A DNA stretch of 63,839 nt, filler included, from Octopus bimaculoides (GCF_001194135.2; 6 parts of 5 records of this genome joined end to end with filler, not necessarily neighbours in it); one strand, 5' to 3'. Positions 1-11,261 are shown, counted from the whole stretch's first letter. Made by a program: numbers and translations. Notes: generated by a model not told the origin, from the sequence alone.

Positions 1-410
1 ACAATACCAAGTTAGTCGTTATATTAGCAGCAACAAGGCTTTCTGGCGTATTTTTCGACTTTCCAATACACCAAAGGCACCCACCCATCGAGCAACTCGC
101 AGTTCACCTGGAGAACGGTCAAAGGGTGTACTTTACCGATGTGACTGCTGCGAGAACGGTTGAGGAGCCTCGACAAACTACTCTCACTGCATTCTTCGCT
201 CTGTGCCGGAACGACCCATTTGCAAAAACTCTGCTTTATCCTCAGGTTCTGTCCTACTACATGTGGACTAAGCAACAATGGGTGCGCAGAAAGTCAGGCC
301 AGACAGTTGACGGACAACCTGGTGTAAAGTTTGACAGCTGTCTTGAGAGAGTTTACACGGTGCATTCGAGGCTGCTCACACATATAATTCACTCTAGCTT
401 TTATACAATC
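1..410 (+). mobile_element. Helitron Rep/helicase coding fragment (decayed; runs off the window start)
   Basis: With one frameshift it reads QYQVSRYISSNKAFWRIF-FPIHQRHPPIEQLAVHLENGQRVYFTDVTAARTVEEPRQTTLTAFFALCRNDPFAKTLLYPQVLSYYMWTKQQWVRRKSG...RVYTVH..RLLTHI. This matches the recalled Helitron RepHel segment (RYISSNEA.WRI..FPIH...LAVHLENGQRVYF; TTLTAFF.LC; LGRVYTVHP). Confidence 0.85.
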
Positions 411-1022
411 TGTCCAGTGGCAAATCACAACAAATGAATTTGTCTGAGAATGAAGGTACTTGCCAAAATGGATAGAAAAATTTCCAGGTTTCACAATACC
501 TTCAAAAGTGGTGTGTGTCCTGGCTATAAAATGTGATATCTAAAATAACATGATGGCTAAGTTACTACTTGCATCAGTTACACCCATTGACCCGCTGCAA
601 CCAAACTGAAAGATGAGGAGATGAAAGTTATTATTTATTCCTCGCATCATTTGAATGAAATGAGAACAAATCACTAATCATACACTGATGGCTAACGTGC
701 ATATGTATATATTATTGGATGACCATTGATTCCCTTGAGTTCATTCGTATTTTGACGGGTTTGGTTTTTTAATCCTGTGTGGTGCCCAAAATCACACTTT
801 TAACGAAGTAAGTTTCAATTAAAATGGGTTTGTAATTTAGTCGTTGACGATTTGGCAACCCAAGAAGTTGTACTAGATTATATGTTATTGGTAACGTTCA
901 CAAGTGACTTATGATATATTTAAATAAAGATAAATAAAAATGAGTAGTATTTTTGTGCTTTTTTCCCTGCATATTTTAGTGAAAGCAACTCAATATTAAT
1001 ACCATTTTCTTTTGTTTTATAG

Positions 1023-1271
1023 GGATTGGAGCCTATGAAATAATTCTAAATAAAAATATAACTGGACTAAAACACGTACGAAAAGTGAAACTGTTCAAGG
1101 AATGTGTGAATGCATGTGGAAGCACGAGAAACTGTGCCTGCTTATATTACCGACGGTCTAATACTTCATGTAGTTTTTTTGATTCAAATGACTGTAATAG
1201 AATTTCACATCATACATTACCGGAGACAAATGGTACCTCTACCGTACTGATGGTTCTTCAAAATGGAAATG
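1023..1271 (+). CDS. Internal exon (phase 1-1, 249 nt) encoding a PAN/Apple-like Cys-rich domain
   Basis: Acceptor ttttcttttgttttatag at 1022, donor GTAAGT at 1272. Open frame (G)IGAYEIILNKNITGLKHVRKVKLFKECVNACGSTRNCACLYYRRSNTSCSFFDSNDCNRISHHTLPETNGTSTVLMVLQNGN has a C-x3-C-x5-C...Y..C PAN-type core and sequons NIT, NTS, NGT. Family call is from motif recall. Confidence 0.7.
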
Positions 1272-3413
1272 GTAAGTGAATAGCTTATTTATTCATATGA
1301 TTCTTCGTTAACTAATTAAGAAGTTCTGGGTTTACAAGTGAGAAAGATTGGCTGTTGGCAAACTGTTAAGTCGAGACAGGACTCAAATTTCAAGTTGTAT
1401 GAAAATTATTTTCAACTTTACCTTTGTCTTTTGTACGTTGGGAAACACATGAATATCAAAACTTCCCCTTTTAAAATGAGACTAGAAATATGGAGAACAT
1501 AGTAGAGAAAAAGTTAAGCTGTCGAGACTTCAGATCAGTTTTAATTCCCAGTCGAAGGAAATTCACTCCCTTCATGCCATCATTTAAAATATGAACATTC
1601 AATGTCACAGCTTTTCTCCCAGTACAAGCTAAAACAAAAGAGTTCTAAATGGTGTTTCACGACCTGGTAGAAATAGCAGTCAAACCGCCTTCGAGACGAC
1701 ATAGGACATACTGTAGAGTGTTGTTCTAAACTGGCTGACTGGCTGGTCACAGTTGGAACACCTTTGGTCCTAGATCAATAGTGGACCTGCCTCTTAAGAA
1801 CATAACATAAGGTTCCGTCTTACGTTCTAATAAATCCTTGTGTGTATGTGTGTGTGTGGTTACCAATAGGTTTGTAGTAGGTAATCGAAATATCTGTAAG
1901 TGTATGTAAAGACAAAAGAGTAATGGTAGAAGAATATCAATTTAAGGGACTTGTGAAAACACGTGAAGCTGAAATGAACATTTTGTTTAGAAAAGATGCA
2001 GGACGATACCTCAGGGCAATGGATGGTGTTGCTGATCATCAGCGGTGGTGACAGTTACAGATCCGCTAACTCTAATCCTGCAGACCTATGATCAAAAATC
2101 TTCCAGCCGTGACCAATCCGTCTGTTTGCCTTCAATGAGGCACTACGATGCCTAAAATATCGTTCTTTATTTTAGATATCACGGTTTAATGTTTTAGATA
2201 GAGAGACTATATAGGGACATTCCGTCAAAGGATCCTGAAACAGTCTCAAATTGACCATTTGATTTCCGACATTCATATTCTACCTTATCACCCATGCAGT
2301 GTTCGTAGTAGTTTCTCTGTGGTTACAATCGATTTTCCAATGGACGTTGAAGAATGCTTACATTTTAGAAGTTTTGTAAATCATTTAATAAATCAGCAGT
2401 CATATATTNNNNNNNNNNNNNNNNNNNNNNNNNNNNNNNNNNNNNNNNNNNNNNNNNNNNNNNNNNNNNNNNNNNNNNNNNNNNNNNNNNNNNNNNNNNN
2501 NNNNNNNNNNNNNNNNNNNNNNNNNNNNNNNNNNNNNNNNNNNNNNNNNNNNNNNNNNNNNNNNNNNNNNNNNNNNNNNNNNNNNNNNNNNNNNNNNNNN
2601 NNNNNNNNNNNNNNNNNNNNNNNNNNNNNNNNNNNNNNNNNNNNNNNNNNNNNNNNNNNNNNNNNNNNNNNNNNNNNNNNNNNNNNNNNNNNNNNNNNNN
2701 NNNNNNNNNNNNNNNNNNNNNNNNNNNNNNNNNNNNNNNNNNNNNNNNNNNNNNNNNNNNNNNNNNNNNNNNNNNNNNNNNNNNNNNNNNNNNNNNNNNN
2801 NNNNNNNNNNNNNNNNNNNNNNNNNNNNNNNNNNNNNNNNNNNNNNNNNNNNNNNNNNNNNNNNNNNNNNNNNNNNNNNNNNNNNNNNNNNNNNNNNNNN
2901 NNNNNNNNNNNNNNNNNNNNNNNNNNNNNNNNNNNNNNNNNNNNNNNNNNNNNNNNNNNNNNNNNNNNNNNNNNNNNNNNNNNNNNNNNNNNNNNNNNNN
3001 NNNNNNNNNNNNNNNNNNNNNNNNNNNNNNNNNNNNNNNNNNNNNNNNNNNNNNNNNNNNNNNNNNNNNNNNNNNNNNNNNNNNNNNNNNNNNNNNNNNN
3101 NNNNNNNNNNNNNNNNNNNNNNNNNNNNNNNNNNTTGACATTTACCATGATGGGTAGTCTTTGGCAAAGTTGTATAATATATCTCTTTTACTTTCTTTCT
3201 ACTTCTTCCTTTCGTCCTTTCTTCTTTTTTTTTTCTGTCTTCATTTCTTCTTTTCACTTTTCATCTGAGGTTTTCATTTTCTTTTCAGACAGTCTTCTTT
3301 TCTAATATATTATTTCTTGTTCTTCCTTCCTTTTATTTTTTCTTTCTTTCTTTCTTTCTTTATTTTCGTGTCTGTCTGATGACCCTTACTCTGTTTTCCA
3401 ATCTTTATTGTAG

Positions 3414-3653
3414 GCAAAATAAAGAGAAGCAATGATTACCAAAGAATCAGCAACAGTGTGAGACATCCAAATTTTACCTTCCGTGCTTGGGATCATTGGT
3501 ATTGTGAAAATTTATGTTCTTGGAGTCTGAACTGCTGTGGTTATTCTTATAAGTATGGCAGGTGTCAATTACTTGTCATGAATGATTGTTACAAATCCAC
3601 AAAAATCCTCCTCTCCGACGGAAACTTTATTCATCTAATTACACCCATAAAAT
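3414..3653 (+). CDS. Internal exon (phase 1-1, 240 nt) encoding a second PAN/Apple-like domain, probably the same gene
   Basis: Acceptor ttttccaatctttattgtag at 3413, donor GTAAGC at 3654. Frame (G)KIKRSNDYQRISNSVRHPNFTFRAWDHWYCENLCSWSLNCCGYSYKYGRCQLLVMNDCYKSTKILLSDGNFIHLITPIK has Cys spacing matching the first exon, including the shared NDC motif, and a compatible phase. Confidence 0.7.
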
Positions 3654-4165
3654 GTAAGCGGTTAGTTTTATGTTAATATGTATTTGTTTTTTTTAAAGAC
3701 TTCATAAGAAATGTTAGCGGAATACTTATGATCCTGTTCAGGGTATTTATGACTGTTGACAGGGAACAGATGAAGTTATTCTTAAGCAAGAGACTTGGTC
3801 AGAGCGCTTGCAACTCCCACTAATGTAACCCAAGGACCAGGTAAAAGTGTAAAACTCAGTGATGGATTGTCTACCAATCATCAAGAGAATGTTCTCTTCG
3901 ACAGACTTCCACGCATATTTTCTTACCTAGCAGTTTCCACCTGCACGAGATTAGCGTCTAGGATGTGTATGTGAGACTTTTGCGCGCGCGCGCGCGTATG
4001 TGTGTATACATGTTTGTGTATATATGTGCGTGTCTATGATACAAGTGAGAAGACGAAGAATGAATTTAGCACAAATTTATTAGTTACAATTGTTTCGATA
4101 CCACTTCGCTTCGAACACCATTGCGCGCAAATTGAACGTAAGGCAGCGGGCTGGCAAATTGAACG

Positions 4166-4590
4166 TAAGGCGGCGAGCTGGCAAAAACGTTAGCACGCCG
4201 GGCGAAATGCTTAACGTCTGCCGTTACGTTCTGAGTTCAAATTCCGCCGAGGTCGACTTTATCTTTCATCTTTCGGGGTCGATAAATTAAGTACCAGTTA
4301 CGCACTGGGGTCTATGTAATCGACTTAAGCCCGTTGTCTGTCCTTGTTTGTCCCCTCTATGTTTAGCCCCTTGTGAGCAATAAAGAAATAAGAAACGTTA
4401 GCACACCCGAAATGCTTAGCAGTATTTTGTCTGTCTTTACGTTCTGAGTTCAAATTCCGCCGGGGTCGACTTTGGCTTTCATCCTTTCGGGATCGATAAA
4501 TTAAGTACCAGTTGTGTACTGGAGTTGATCTAATCGACTGGCCTCCTTCCCCCAAATTTCTGGCCTTATGCCTAGAGCAGAAAATAATAT
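4166..4590 (+). mobile_element. Two tandem copies of tRNA-headed SINE family A (first copy with a Tx1-like tail)
   Basis: A-box-like ggcggcgagctggc and B-box gagttcaaattcc, then the body gtcgacttt..atctttcggggtcgataaattaagtaccag. A headless second copy runs 4391-4590. A 27-bp tandem duplication (caaattgaacgtaaggc.gcg.gctgg) overlaps the head at 4127-4180. Confidence 0.85.
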
Positions 4591-5154
4591 GCATGGTTGG
4601 TTGCATGGAATAACACTTCATGAGATCAGCATCAAGTTCTGCATCCTTATATTCTATGTTCCTTATATGGTGGGGGACCTGATGATAAGTATGAAATAAG
4701 AATAAATATCATGAATAGAAAGAAATAAAAACAAGACACCAATAGTGATGATAAAAACAAGAAAATAAAGATGAGTAAACAGGAGAACAGTACAACTCCA
4801 AAAAATTATAAAACTAGCACCAATAGAAGAGTCATCTTAGTGGTACCAGTGACGTTTACAGGTTTGGAGTGAATCGCAAATATAAATAGTAGCGGGCCAC
4901 GATGAGAAAATAATAATGACACTAACATCAATAATTGGATGGAGGAGGGAAAGATGATGGAAGAGTGGGGAAAATATCCAGATATACATCAAAACATTTA
5001 CCAGTAACCCTCGACCCCGGCATTCATACAAATAAGTGGGTTAAAAATAAATAAATTAAACTAAAATAAAGTTAAATTAGAAAATGGTAAATTAGAATAA
5101 GTTTAAATTAAAGGGAAAATTAAATATTAGTATGTATAAATATTAAGCGAACAA

Positions 5155-6441
5155 ATAGGTTGTTTCGAAAATAATGGCCGCTCTAAGCGTTGTGTTTTAT
5201 AACGCAATTTTATCATAGTTTTTTAGTTATATTAAAAGGTGAATTTCAACATACTTAATAATTGATGTATGCTCCTTTATAAATGTCTACTTATTTCAGA
5301 CAGAAAACTTTCTTGAAGCGTAGGCGCCTTTAATTATGAACATGACAAAAAAAAAAAGGACCTTAGCTTACTTTTTTCTTGCATGAGTTCAGGCTTGGAC
5401 ACAATGCCTCCCAAACTGCTGTCAATATTAACAGAGCATGGGGTGAGGGGTCCACAAGTACGACGGTGGTTTCAGAAATTCCCTAGTGGTGATGAGAGCC
5501 TTGAAGATCAAGAAGCTAGAGGACGGTCATGCAGTTTTGACAATGAACAATTGAAAGCAATTGCTGATCAAAACCCACGTCAAAGTCAGAGAGATGTCTC
5601 AGGGAATCGGTGTCGGTATTGCAACCGTCTCACGCAATCTGCAGAAGACTGGTAAGGTGAAAAAACTCAATAAATCGGTACCGCATGAGCACAATGAAAA
5701 TAAAAAGATTTCGACGTTTTGAAGTGTGCTCGATGCTCTTTCTGCGAAACACCAATGATCCTTTTCTTGACCGAATAGTCACTTGAGACGAAAAGTGGAT
5801 CCTTTATAATAGCCGTAAATGACCAGGTCAATGGCTTGATTGTGATGAGTCTCCCAAACATTTTCTGAAGCCAAAGTTGCACCAGCAAAAGATTATGGTG
5901 ACTGCCTGGTGGTCTGCAATTGGCAATTGGTGTTGTCCATTACAGCCTTCTGGAAGCCAATCAGAGCATTATAGCAGGGGTTTACTGCAATCAACTCGCT
6001 GAAATGCATGCTCACTTGCAAAAAATGAGAACTGCATTAGTGAATCGGCGTAGCCCAATTCTGTTCCATGATAATGCAAAGCCACATGTTGCAAGAATGA
6101 CGCCGCAGAAACTCACAGACTTGGGATACGAGACTTTACCACATCCGCCATATTCTCCTAATCTTTCACCCACTGACTACTATTTTAAAAGCCTTTAAAC
6201 ACGCGTTTCAAGTGATAAAAATTTCAGATCCAATCCAGAGGTGGAATCAGCTTTCAAAGATTTCATAGCATCAAAGCCAATAAGTTTTTATCAACGAAGC
6301 ATAAATAATCTTGCTGATCGATGGCAGAGATGCATAGATGTTCACGGCTTATACTTTGACTAATCAAAACATTTCTATTGTTAATTTTTCCAGAATAAAA
6401 TTATGCTTCCGAAATCGGCCATTATTCTCGGAACAACCTAA
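5155..6441 (+). mobile_element. Full-length decayed mariner (Tc1/mariner) DNA transposon
   Basis: TIRs ataggttgtttcgaaaataatggccg and cggccattattctcggaacaacctaa(TA), about 1.29 kb apart. Transposase motifs: VPHE (WVPHEL-like), T*DEKWILYN, MVTAWW, ILFHDNAKPH, LPHPPYSPNLSPTDYYF, RWQRCIDVHGLYFD*. Several stops and frameshifts. Confidence 0.92.
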
Positions 6442-7384
6442 TAGCTTAAATGTTATCGAGTTAGTAGTTTAATTAAAGCCGCTGAGTGGAAAAGTTAGAG
6501 AGTGGATAATGGTAACTCTTGAATGATGGAAATGAAGCGATTTAAGAGGTCAAAGTGTGACGAAATTGCAAGTATTTTCTGTTTGTCCGAAACAAGTGTC
6601 TCATCGAATATCGTAAGTTAATGGAAGAAAGGGAAATATAGTATTAGAGCTAGACCTAAGTTATTTAACTTAGGAAGCCAGAAAATGTGAAGCTAGTACC
6701 GCATACAACTGGAAGTTGACGAAGTCGTGGGAGAGAATAATTGTGAATCAACCGATTCTCTGCTTCTTTTCATGTATATAAAACTCCCAAGAGAGCGCTA
6801 GGGATTAAGAGTGAAGAAGCCAGAATTTAGAGTGAAAACACAAAAAATATATTGTAATGAGGAAATACTTAAGTAGAATCCTCCAAACACGTGAGTAATC
6901 CATCCACGGGTGTTAAGAATGATACCTTACATTTGAAGATACTACTACTACTACTACTATAGAAAAATTACTGCATTGTGAGACGTTCTTCATAGAAAAG
7001 TAGGTAGGGTGGATCGCCGAGGGTTGTGAAGACATTCGTTAAGAAACCTCTAAGTAAACTGTGGAAGATGGAGGAAACCAGAGAAAAGTTTGTGAGTTAT
7101 AGAAGATAGAGGAATGTAATATAATGTGAATGCTTAGGAACTACGATACAGACGTAGTATAAGAAATAAAGGATCTACCATATGCGGGTGTGATATGTTG
7201 GAATTGAAAACGAAGGTAAATTTAAGGAATGAAGAAAATATATAAAGATACATCCAAAACATAAGTATCCTGCAGTAGATACAAAGTTAAACTTTTAAAA
7301 GTTATCCCATATATTGTAAAATAATCAGCAATGTTAAAATATAGCAATATGCCAAAAAATTAAGAATTTGCATAAATATTGGCT

Positions 7385-7550
7385 TCAAATATCAGCACAA
7401 GACCAGCAATTTTTCGGGGTAGGAGATAAACTGATTACAGTATCCAGCTGGTACTCATTTTATCAACGAAATGATAAGAGGCAAAGTCGACCTCGGCTGA
7501 TTTTGAACTCAGGACGTAAAACTGGACGAAATGCCCGCTAAGTATTTTGT
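7385..7550 (-). mobile_element. SINE family A, diverged
   Basis: Reverse-strand match: ggcaaagtcgacctcggctgattttgaactcaggacgtaaa. Confidence 0.7.
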
Positions 7551-7781
7551 CATCATCATCATCGTTATTATTACTATTAGAGTATTAATAACTCCTCTGG
7601 AAATAACTTCCACATAGACCCATCCACCACATACAGATCTGACACGCACGCGCCCAGCAAATTTTTAAAATATAAACAGCTTTCAAAACGCAACGAATAA
7701 CGTTAGTGCCGGGGACCATGTACGTATGGGAATATTTGTGTATACATATATGTATGTATGTACGTATGGGTGAGGGTATAT

Positions 7782-7881
7782 NNNNNNNNNNNNNNNNNNN
7801 NNNNNNNNNNNNNNNNNNNNNNNNNTTAATTAATTAANNNNNNNNNNNNNNNNNNNNNNNNNNNNNNNNNNNNNNNNNNNN
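7782..7881. other. Assembly join marker N44-TTAATTAATTAA-N44 (also at 24816, 37104, 48662, 60146)
   Basis: An identical 12-mer, which has stops in all six frames, sits in the middle of N runs at five places; the first run was counted as 44 N on each side. Contiguity across these points is not assured. Confidence 0.9.
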
Positions 7882-7899
7882 TTGTATAAATGTGTATAC

Positions 7900-9444
7900 A
7901 ATAAAGTTAAAACATAATCTGGTTTTCACGTTTTTTATTATTATATTGTTTTTTGTAATTTTTGGAATGTTGAAATGTGTTAAACGCTAAAAAAAAATAT
8001 CTTGGAATGTTCATAAAGTTCAATTAGCGCTTTCATACGTTCGTAGTAATCGTCAGATTTCAAAATGTATTTAACTGACAGTGGAGTTTTTGACAACTGT
8101 AGTAAAATTACTGACTTCTTCCTTTTTATACCTCTTAGAAGGCTCCAACAAGCTGAATTTTTCAATAACGGTTTTAATCAATCCGCATGCAGCTTAAACG
8201 TCACGGTTTGTTGGGCGCACCGATATTACTCGCATAGATCCCGCCTTTATTTTAACCACCCAGCTTGCAGTTTACATGTAATGGTTTTATGAGAGAGGAA
8301 ACTTAGTTGGTTTCGATTGTTTTTATTTCAGTTGGTGGGAGACTTCTGTAATTTGTTTATATTCATATGTTAAAGATATTTTTTAATCCACATCATTAAC
8401 TGGTCGTTATATTATTGTTGTTATTTCCGTTCAGAACATTTTAATAAAACGTTTTTCTATTATCTTTCTTCCAGCCTCACTCGTGTTATGTAGTTTGTGG
8501 AAAGGAAAAATTAGAAATATTTTCTGACCACATGTTTCTATATGTTCGTTCAATGGAATTTGGCGAACATTAATGTTCCGGATTTGTTGTCTGTGGACTC
8601 GTGAGCATTCCGATAATGCATTCCCTGTTTCGCTAATATATAGTTCCTCGCTTTAGCAGTTCATATCTGCATTTGCGAAAATCTGTCCATTTTTTGTTCT
8701 AATGGATCTATCCGTATGCATGTATTAACACGTTCCACATCTGTTATCATTACACTTGGATACTGTGAATGTTTTATCCTGCTTGTTCATACTGAATCTT
8801 GCCATTGTTAATAGTTTCTTTAGGTTATGTTATGTGGTAGCCTTTTACTTAAGATAAATGTTTGATTAGTTATTACGTTTTATTTTTATTTTTCACTTTG
8901 TTTCATGATTGGCAAATTTATTTTGATGATGTTAAAAATGTTTTGGTGATACAGATTGTGTGTTACTAGAAATGATATTGTGCTCCGTTGATAGGTTCGT
9001 CCTTCTTGTGTTGCCCTAAGTTGTTCTATATGTGTCTTTTTTGTTCCTTGTATGCTATTTTCTATAAGTAAGAGAGGGTATTTTTGCTTGAACAGAGATC
9101 CTTTCAATTCTAAAACCGGTGTAATACCGGTGCGCCCGACAAACCGTGATGTTTAAACTGCATGCAGATTGGTCAAATCCATATTCGAAAAATTCAGCTT
9201 GATGGAGCCTTCTAAGGGGTATAAAAAGGGAAAAGTCAGTCATTTTTCTCCAGTTGTCAAGAACTCAACTGCCAGTTAAATACATTTTGAAATCTGAGGA
9301 TTATTACGAACATATGAAGCGCTAATTGAACTTTATGAACATTACACGATATTTTTTAATGTTTAACACGCTTCAACATTGTAAAATAGTTTTTAAAATA
9401 CAATAATAAAAAATGTGAAAGCCAGATCATGTTTTAACTTTATT
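7900..9444 (-). mobile_element. Penelope-like retroelement remnant (linker plus GIY-YIG endonuclease) flanked by ~330-bp inverted repeats
   Basis: Minus strand 9107-8390 reads KQKYPLLLIENSIQ...ISFLVTHNLYHQNIFNIIKINLPIMKQSEK...CNDNRCGTC..DMNC...YISETGNALSECSRVHRQQIRNINVRQIPLNEHIETCGQKIFLIFPFHKL...EKRFIKMF, a Penelope-type GIY-YIG region. Arms 7900-8229 and 9121-9444 are reverse complements. Confidence 0.75.
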
Positions 9445-9446
9445 CA

Positions 9447-9481
<35 letters not shown>

Positions 9482-9559
9482 AATAATATGTGAGTATATG
9501 CATATATACGTACATACAAGTACATACCTACATCTACATGTATATATAGATGCATATCT

Positions 9560-9790
9560 GGGTACAGGACGTCACAAAAAAAGTGGACAAAATGAAAAAC
9601 AGAACATAAACAAAGCACGGAAAACAAACTTTTTCGGACAACGGTAGGAACACAAAGGAAAACAGACAGGCCACATAGAGAACATTTCCTTCATCAGCTG
9701 CCCCTATTCTAAACTAAGGGTTTCGAAGAGTTAGGGCAGGACGCATTGTTAGAATAGCTCTTCCCGTTAAAGCAAATTAAATAAAAGTTT
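9560..9790. repeat. Interspersed repeat, possibly Penelope-derived and non-autonomous
   Basis: The segment tttcgaag..cttcccgttaaagcaaattaaat recurs in the window as tttcgaagg..cttcccgcaaagcaaattaaat at 50397-50460. Family assignment is from recall only. Confidence 0.4.
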
Positions 9791-10904
9791 TATATATATA
9801 TATATATATATATATAAAAGTTACAATTACGTAATTCTAGTCAATCGGAAGCATCCTTTGTCGACATGTTGCAATTGCTTGTTACTATGGATACAGCCTT
9901 AACATTGTGATGGAATGTGTGTGTGTGTGTGTGTGAGTTTATGTGTATGTCTGTGAGTGTGGATTTGTATGTATACGTTTCCGTCCATGTTTTTAGTTTG
10001 TGCGTGCGTTGTGCGTATTTGTGTGCACGCGCGTGTATATGTGCTTGCCTGTTTTGCTTTTCATCCGTCCGTACTACCTATATAACGAGGATTCGGTAAC
10101 TACATGGTAAGACAGGGGCACAGGTGGGATGACTGATGTGCTTGTTGGGCGCTGATCTATTATTGGTTTTTGTGTTGAACTTGTATGACTGACGTCGCTT
10201 TGCTTGCTGATGAAGAAAATCACTCATACAGACTACCTCATACAGACTAACACTACCTGTACAAGATCACACAGACACATATACAGTTGTACACACACAA
10301 ACTGTCTCTCTTACACTCTTCTCTTTTCCCATAAAATCAAACTGTTACAACTTTCAGTATGTTGGCAATGGACGCATCTGATTGGTAAAATAACATCATT
10401 TTAGAGACTTGTAATTTTCTTTTTATTATTATTCATTTCTATATAATAAAAAAAAATTGATGTGTTTTCTTCTTTTTTTTTTTTCGTTAGTATGCAAANN
10501 NNNNNNNNTCTTTTTTTTTTTTTCGTTAGTATGCAAAACTACATGAGTATAGAAAATTTAAAAACATTCTGGTGGTTATTTTTAGAAAATTCTGCTTGTT
10601 CGAAAGAATTTTAAAAGATCCGTTTTTATTTTATTATCTTCATATTTTTTTTCTTTTTTGTAGACATTCTCTCTTCACTGCTGCTTGCTCTTCTGTTTCA
10701 TCTCGGCACTTTTGTGCTGCTCTCCTCTCTTTGGATATCTCTCCTTTGTGCAATTAGGTGATCCTTTTCATTTTGCCGTCTTCAAGCCTGTCTTCTTGCA
10801 CTCATCTCTCTTGTCTCACCTCTTGTGATTGATTTAATAACCTTAATGTATTGTTTAATCTTTTTGCATCCAGTTCTTCCTGAGTGGCACTGGCTATTCT
10901 TCGC

Positions 10905-11045
10905 CTTTGTCTCTGAGTTCAAATTCCGTCGAGGTTGGCTTTACCTTTCATACTTTCAGGGTCAATGGAATAAGTACCAGTCAAGTACTGGAGTCGATGT
11001 AATTGACTTGTCCCCTCCCCACAAATTTCAGGCCTTGTGTCTTTA
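10905..11045 (+). mobile_element. SINE family A, headless
   Basis: ctgagttcaaattccgtcgagg...aataagtaccag...ccccacaaatttcaggccttgtg. Confidence 0.75.
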
Positions 11046-11054
11046 ATTGAAAGG

Positions 11055-11119
<65 letters not shown>
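11055..11119. repeat. (ATT)n microsatellite
   Basis: Direct reading. Confidence 0.95.
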
Positions 11120-11261
11120 GGTTCAGTAGTTTTATTTTTATAATGTGCTTTCATTTCACTACCGAGCGCAGCTCTGTGTGCCTTGGGTATGTGCTGTGGA
11201 TTGCTGTGGTGCTCTTATGTTTACTGTATTGAAATAATAATAATAATGATAATAATAATAA

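Noticed and set aside
2259-3305. Long ORFs in the supplied track that span N runs (also 29275-30074, 37749-39277, 44903-45945, 49508-50618, 58537-59307, 60831-61724)
   Set aside because: Their length comes from untranslatable N codons.
6960-7100. Minus-frame GDPPYLLFYEER resembling the ubiquitin-protease His-box tail (AYLLFY)
   Set aside because: No upstream catalytic His/Asp motif or splice structure; the region looks like a decayed unclassified repeat.
7826-7837. Recurrent TTAATTAATTAA islands (five copies) as a conserved regulatory or recombination motif
   Set aside because: Always embedded in the middle of N runs and has stops in all six frames; this is an assembly spacer, not biology.
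9690-9740. Hammerhead motif in the 9560-9790 repeat (minus-strand CTGATGA and GAAA)
   Set aside because: The order and flanks do not give a pairable stem II in any standard topology.
10470-10540. Direct repeat tcttttttttttttcgttagtatgcaaa around a 10-N gap
   Set aside because: Unmerged contig overlap.
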